64,000 bases of DNA, from the NCBI GenBank assembly GCA_020425605.1, contig JAGQRH010000007.1, positions 76,834 to 140,833 of the forward strand, written 5' to 3'. Numbering within the stretch: the stretch's first letter is position 1; each line of letters begins with the position of its first letter. Under the pieces are notes generated by a model, which saw only the letters and a list, made by a program, of their open reading frames with translations, was not told the origin of the DNA and searched no databases. The translations under genes were made by a program, and so were the position numbers. Positions 61,177 through 64,000 of this stretch are shown one piece after another. Origin of the DNA: Planctomycetota bacterium. GTDB taxonomy: Bacteria; Planctomycetota; UBA8742; UBA2392.

Positions 61177-61188
61177 GGTTCAAGCCAG

Positions 61189-61220
61189 ACCGGGCGCCTC
61201 AGGGCGCCCGGTTTGCTTTT
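61189..61220 (+). terminator. Rho-independent terminator after hppA
   Basis: ACCGGGCGCC-TCAG-GGCGCCCGGT (10-bp stem) followed by TTGCTTTT. Confidence 0.85.
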
Positions 61221-61252
61221 GCGGGTGTCGCACGGCCGTCTATGCTGTGTGG

Positions 61253-62329
61253 ATGCTCAGAATTGCCTTCTTCCTGTGTGTGATGTCTGCGCCTCTCTTC
61301 GCGGCTGACCAGCCGGCTTCGCTTTCGCTGGTCGCGGCAAGTGTTCAGGTCAAGTTGTCAGCCGCCAAAGGCACTGTGTCGGCTGAAGTCTCGTGCAACC
61401 TGACCGTCCAGAATGATGGCTCCGCCGGCGGGACGGACTTCGCAATCCGGTCCGAGCTGATCCCTGAGACAAAGGACGATCGGTTCTGCATCCAGATCGA
61501 TGGAAAGCGTCGTGCGTGGGAGTCGGATGCTGGAAACAGCTTTCACTGGACTCTGACTACTGAAGCCGGTCAGCTGGTCGGCATCTCGTGGTCCTACACG
61601 GGCGGCACGACCTTGCTTCCGCACCTTCACCCGCTCGGCCGCCGCCGTCTGCTTGTGCCCCTGGCCTACTTGCGGAGTTTCGAAACGCTGCCAGAAGCCA
61701 TTTCAGTGAGCATCAGCTTTGGCGACCTCCCACCTGAATTGTTCGGACTCAACGATGCCAGAACGATCGAGATTTCACACACCGTCGGCAAGAAACTCGA
61801 GGACTTCACGTTTGAGTGGTACGCCTCAAGCCTGGCCGACCGAACCTCGTCCGCAATCGGTCTGCGGGACACCTTCACCAACAAGCAACGGACAGGCGCG
61901 AATCGCGGCTACACGTCCACGCTTGCACTCCTGGCCGACCTGTATTCGCTGGCTGACAATCAGGCGGCACTGGCCGAGACTTGCGGCTTGCTGGCCGACC
62001 TCGAGGCTTCATCGGGCGTAGCACTAACGCTCTGCGGTCCGTCCACCGCATGGCGACACTACGTGCCCTGGCGCTTGCTGCAGATGGAAGCACTGGAGAA
62101 AGCCGGGCTCGATGCGAAGCCGGTTGCCGGCAAGACCCAGATGCAGGAACGCTGGCAGGCATATATCGCTGCCCGTGAGAGCGCGCGCCCCTTCGACCAA
62201 TTCGACAAGTCCAGTTACGGAAACTACTGGGACTACGACTGGAAACGAACGCAGGAATTGTACGCGCATGCGCTGGAGGTAATTGGCGACAATGAAGCGG
62301 CGAAGGCCGTTCGAGAAGTGGAAGGTTGA
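61253..62329 (+). CDS. secreted hypothetical protein (358 aa)
   Basis: ORF 61088-62329. The 5' part of that ORF overlaps hppA and its terminator, so the start is set at ATG 61253, giving the signal peptide MLRIAFFLCVMSAPLFAADQ. No recognisable domain. Confidence 0.55.
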   Translation: MLRIAFFLCVMSAPLFAADQPASLSLVAASVQVKLSAAKGTVSAEVSCNLTVQNDGSAGGTDFAIRSELIPETKDDRFCIQIDGKRRAWESDAGNSFHWTLTTEAGQLVGISWSYTGGTTLLPHLHPLGRRRLLVPLAYLRSFETLPEAISVSISFGDLPPELFGLNDARTIEISHTVGKKLEDFTFEWYASSLADRTSSAIGLRDTFTNKQRTGANRGYTSTLALLADLYSLADNQAALAETCGLLADLEASSGVALTLCGPSTAWRHYVPWRLLQMEALEKAGLDAKPVAGKTQMQERWQAYIAARESARPFDQFDKSSYGNYWDYDWKRTQELYAHALEVIGDNEAAKAVREVEG

Positions 62330-62331
62330 AG

Positions 62332-64000
62332 ATGCTCAAGTGCGCGCTGATTGTCGTCATGCTGTTTGCGGCTCCGCTCTGCGCGGACGTTGACGCCGAC
62401 TATCAGGCGCTGCTCGAGGCATTCAAGGCAAAGCAGTACACAAAGGCGCTCGATCAGGCTGAGAAATTCGTCGAGGCGAATCCAGACTACAAGTATGTCG
62501 ACGCAGCCCACTACATGGGTGGAAACGCGGGTCTGAACGCCGGCGAGTACTCGCGCGGCGAGGTGCTATATCGGGCGTTGCTCAAGAACCACCCCGCCAG
62601 CCGCCATGCCGAGAAGGCCAGAAATGAGCTGGTATCGCTGCTGGACAGCGACCGGCGGCTGCTCGACTGCATCAACCAGTGCGAAGCCAACCTGGCCGCC
62701 GAGCCGGACGACAAGAACCGCGACCGCTGGACCTACATGATCGGCCAATGCCGCTTCCGCCTATGGCAATTTGAGCAGGCCGAAAAGGACCTGAAGGCCT
62801 TCAAGAAGTCATTCCCGAAGTCCGAGTTCATCAATTCGGCGGACTACTACCTGGACAGGATCAATCCCGTCCTTGACGTCGATGCCGGCGGCATCGTCGC
62901 GGGCTACAAGGGCAAGTTCGCCAAGGATGTACGCTTTCTTGCGGCCTTGGAACATCTTCCGGGCTACGTCAAAGAGGCATGGAAGATCCTCAAGCGTACG
63001 CTCGGAGTCGACCTTAAGGGGGCGCAAGTGGTCTTTGAGTTCAAGGACAAAGGCTACAGCCGGGACAGCAACCGCGCGTACACCGAGACAGTCTGCGTCG
63101 ATTACAAGCCTTACACCCGCATGGTGTTCTACACAGAGCACATCGTCGTCAGCGAAGAGGAATTCCGCAGCCGTGTTACCCATGAGCTGAAGCACGCGGC
63201 ATTCCGCGACGTGATGGGTGTCGGCTATCTCGACCTGCCCAAGTGGGTTCGCGAAGGCTTGGCTGTCTACGGGGCGGAGCAGTTTGAAGATCGACTCGCC
63301 GCGCTGGTCGGCGGCGAAACATTCTCCGGGCGCGACCCTAGACAATTGTTGGATGGCATTGCCGATGCGGACCACAACACAAACGATTACCTTGAGGACG
63401 CCGCCGCGTTCATGTGGCTTGAAAGCGTTAGCAAGGGCGCCGTCTCCAGGTTCTGCAAGCGGCTGCTGAAGGGCGAAGATTGCAACAAGCTGTTTGCAGA
63501 GCTTTCCGGTATGTCGCTTAGCGACGCCTTCGAAGCCGCTGCGAGCTACGCCAGGAAGCTTGTTGACGATAGGCTCGGCGAGGGCGAGGCGGAATTCATC
63601 AAGATACGCAGCGCCGACTTCAAGAACACGAACAACCGCGCCTGGGCAGCAGAAGAAGGAGCGGCCCTGTACACGGACTGGTTGAAGGCGCATGTCGGGC
63701 ATCCGCTCACGGCCAACGCCCGCTACCGCCTGGGCAAGTTGCTGATTCGTTCCGGGAAGTACGAGGATGGTCGAGAGTGCATGCGCAAGGTGATCGAGCA
63801 AGAGCAGTTACGCAGCACCATCTGCGACGATGCCCAGTTCTGGATTGCCCAAAGCTATGAGGATGAAGGAGAGGCTGAACTGGCGGCGCGCGAATGGGGT
63901 GTTCTGCTGCGCGACTATTCCTGGTCGCGCCAGGCAATCGATCGCAAGGACCGCTTCAAGCCGGCCGGACCCGAGACCGGCCCAAAACCCGCCGAAGAAG
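62332..64000 (+). CDS. secreted TPR-repeat protein with a central HExxH (putative zinc-metallopeptidase-like) motif; 3' end outside the window
   Basis: Not in the ORF track because there is no stop in the window. My own translation from ATG 62332 reads MLKCALIVVMLFAAPLCADVDADYQALLEAFKAKQYTKALDQAEKFVEANPDYKYV... with TEHIVVSEEEFRSRVTHELKHAAFRDVMG...WVREGLAVYGAEQ. TPR-like helices lie at both ends. The antisense ORF 62809-63801 is a shadow. Confidence 0.7.
   Translation, partial: MLKCALIVVMLFAAPLCADVDADYQALLEAFKAKQYTKALDQAEKFVEANPDYKYVDAAHYMGGNAGLNAGEYSRGEVLYRALLKNHPASRHAEKARNELVSLLDSDRRLLDCINQCEANLAAEPDDKNRDRWTYMIGQCRFRLWQFEQAEKDLKAFKKSFPKSEFINSADYYLDRINPVLDVDAGGIVAGYKGKFAKDVRFLAALEHLPGYVKEAWKILKRTLGVDLKGAQVVFEFKDKGYSRDSNRAYTETVCVDYKPYTRMVFYTEHIVVSEEEFRSRVTHELKHAAFRDVMGVGYLDLPKWVREGLAVYGAEQFEDRLAALVGGETFSGRDPRQLLDGIADADHNTNDYLEDAAAFMWLESVSKGAVSRFCKRLLKGEDCNKLFAELSGMSLSDAFEAAASYARKLVDDRLGEGEAEFIKIRSADFKNTNNRAWAAEEGAALYTDWLKAHVGHPLTANARYRLGKLLIRSGKYEDGRECMRKVIEQEQLRSTICDDAQFWIAQSYEDEGEAELAAREWGVLLRDYSWSRQAIDRKDRFKPAGPETGPKPAEE

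Overview
GC-rich, densely coding bacterial chromosomal window. No mobile elements, rRNA or CRISPR arrays were seen. The domain repertoire (giant WD40 Ser/Thr kinase, FGE-sulfatase domain, K/E/A/P-rich linkers, membrane pyrophosphatase) suggests a Planctomycetota/PVC-like or similar environmental lineage, but this is inference only.

The centre of the window (12721-39396, about 26.7 kb, all on the + strand) is a complete type VI secretion system locus. Its order is two tandem TagH/FHA genes, tssJ-K-L-M, tagF, tssA-B-C, hcp, tssE-F-G, clpV and vgrG. A vgrG-linked module follows: a DUF2169::pentapeptide-repeat fusion, a 642-aa pentapeptide-repeat protein, a DUF3540-like protein and a toxin-less DUF4150/PAAR-like protein.

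Upstream of the locus are:
- a 1956-aa transmembrane Ser/Thr kinase with an extracytoplasmic beta-propeller/TPR/PDZ region;
- two exported thiol-redox proteins. One has an in-frame TGA exactly at the first Cys of its CxxC motif, followed by a SECIS-like hairpin, so it is a predicted selenoprotein.

Downstream of the locus are sdaA, a degenerate receiver, a lipoprotein, an 814-aa repeat adhesin with a codon-diverged tandem duplication, a TPR lipoprotein with pilB-pilT-pilC, and an SH3b protein. After these come a class III nucleotide cyclase, uppS, a GNAT, and a cNMP-binding histidine kinase operonic with a REC::TrxR-like flavoprotein that lacks the redox CxxC. The window ends with tRNA-Ala(GGC), a membrane pyrophosphatase carrying a ~150-aa disordered insertion, and a TPR/HExxH protein that runs off the window end.

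The left edge holds a partial Kbl/BioF-family gene, gltX and a methyltransferase. Many long antisense ORFs in the track are GC-rich shadow frames and are not called. All coordinates for hairpins and motifs were counted by hand and may be off by a few nt.
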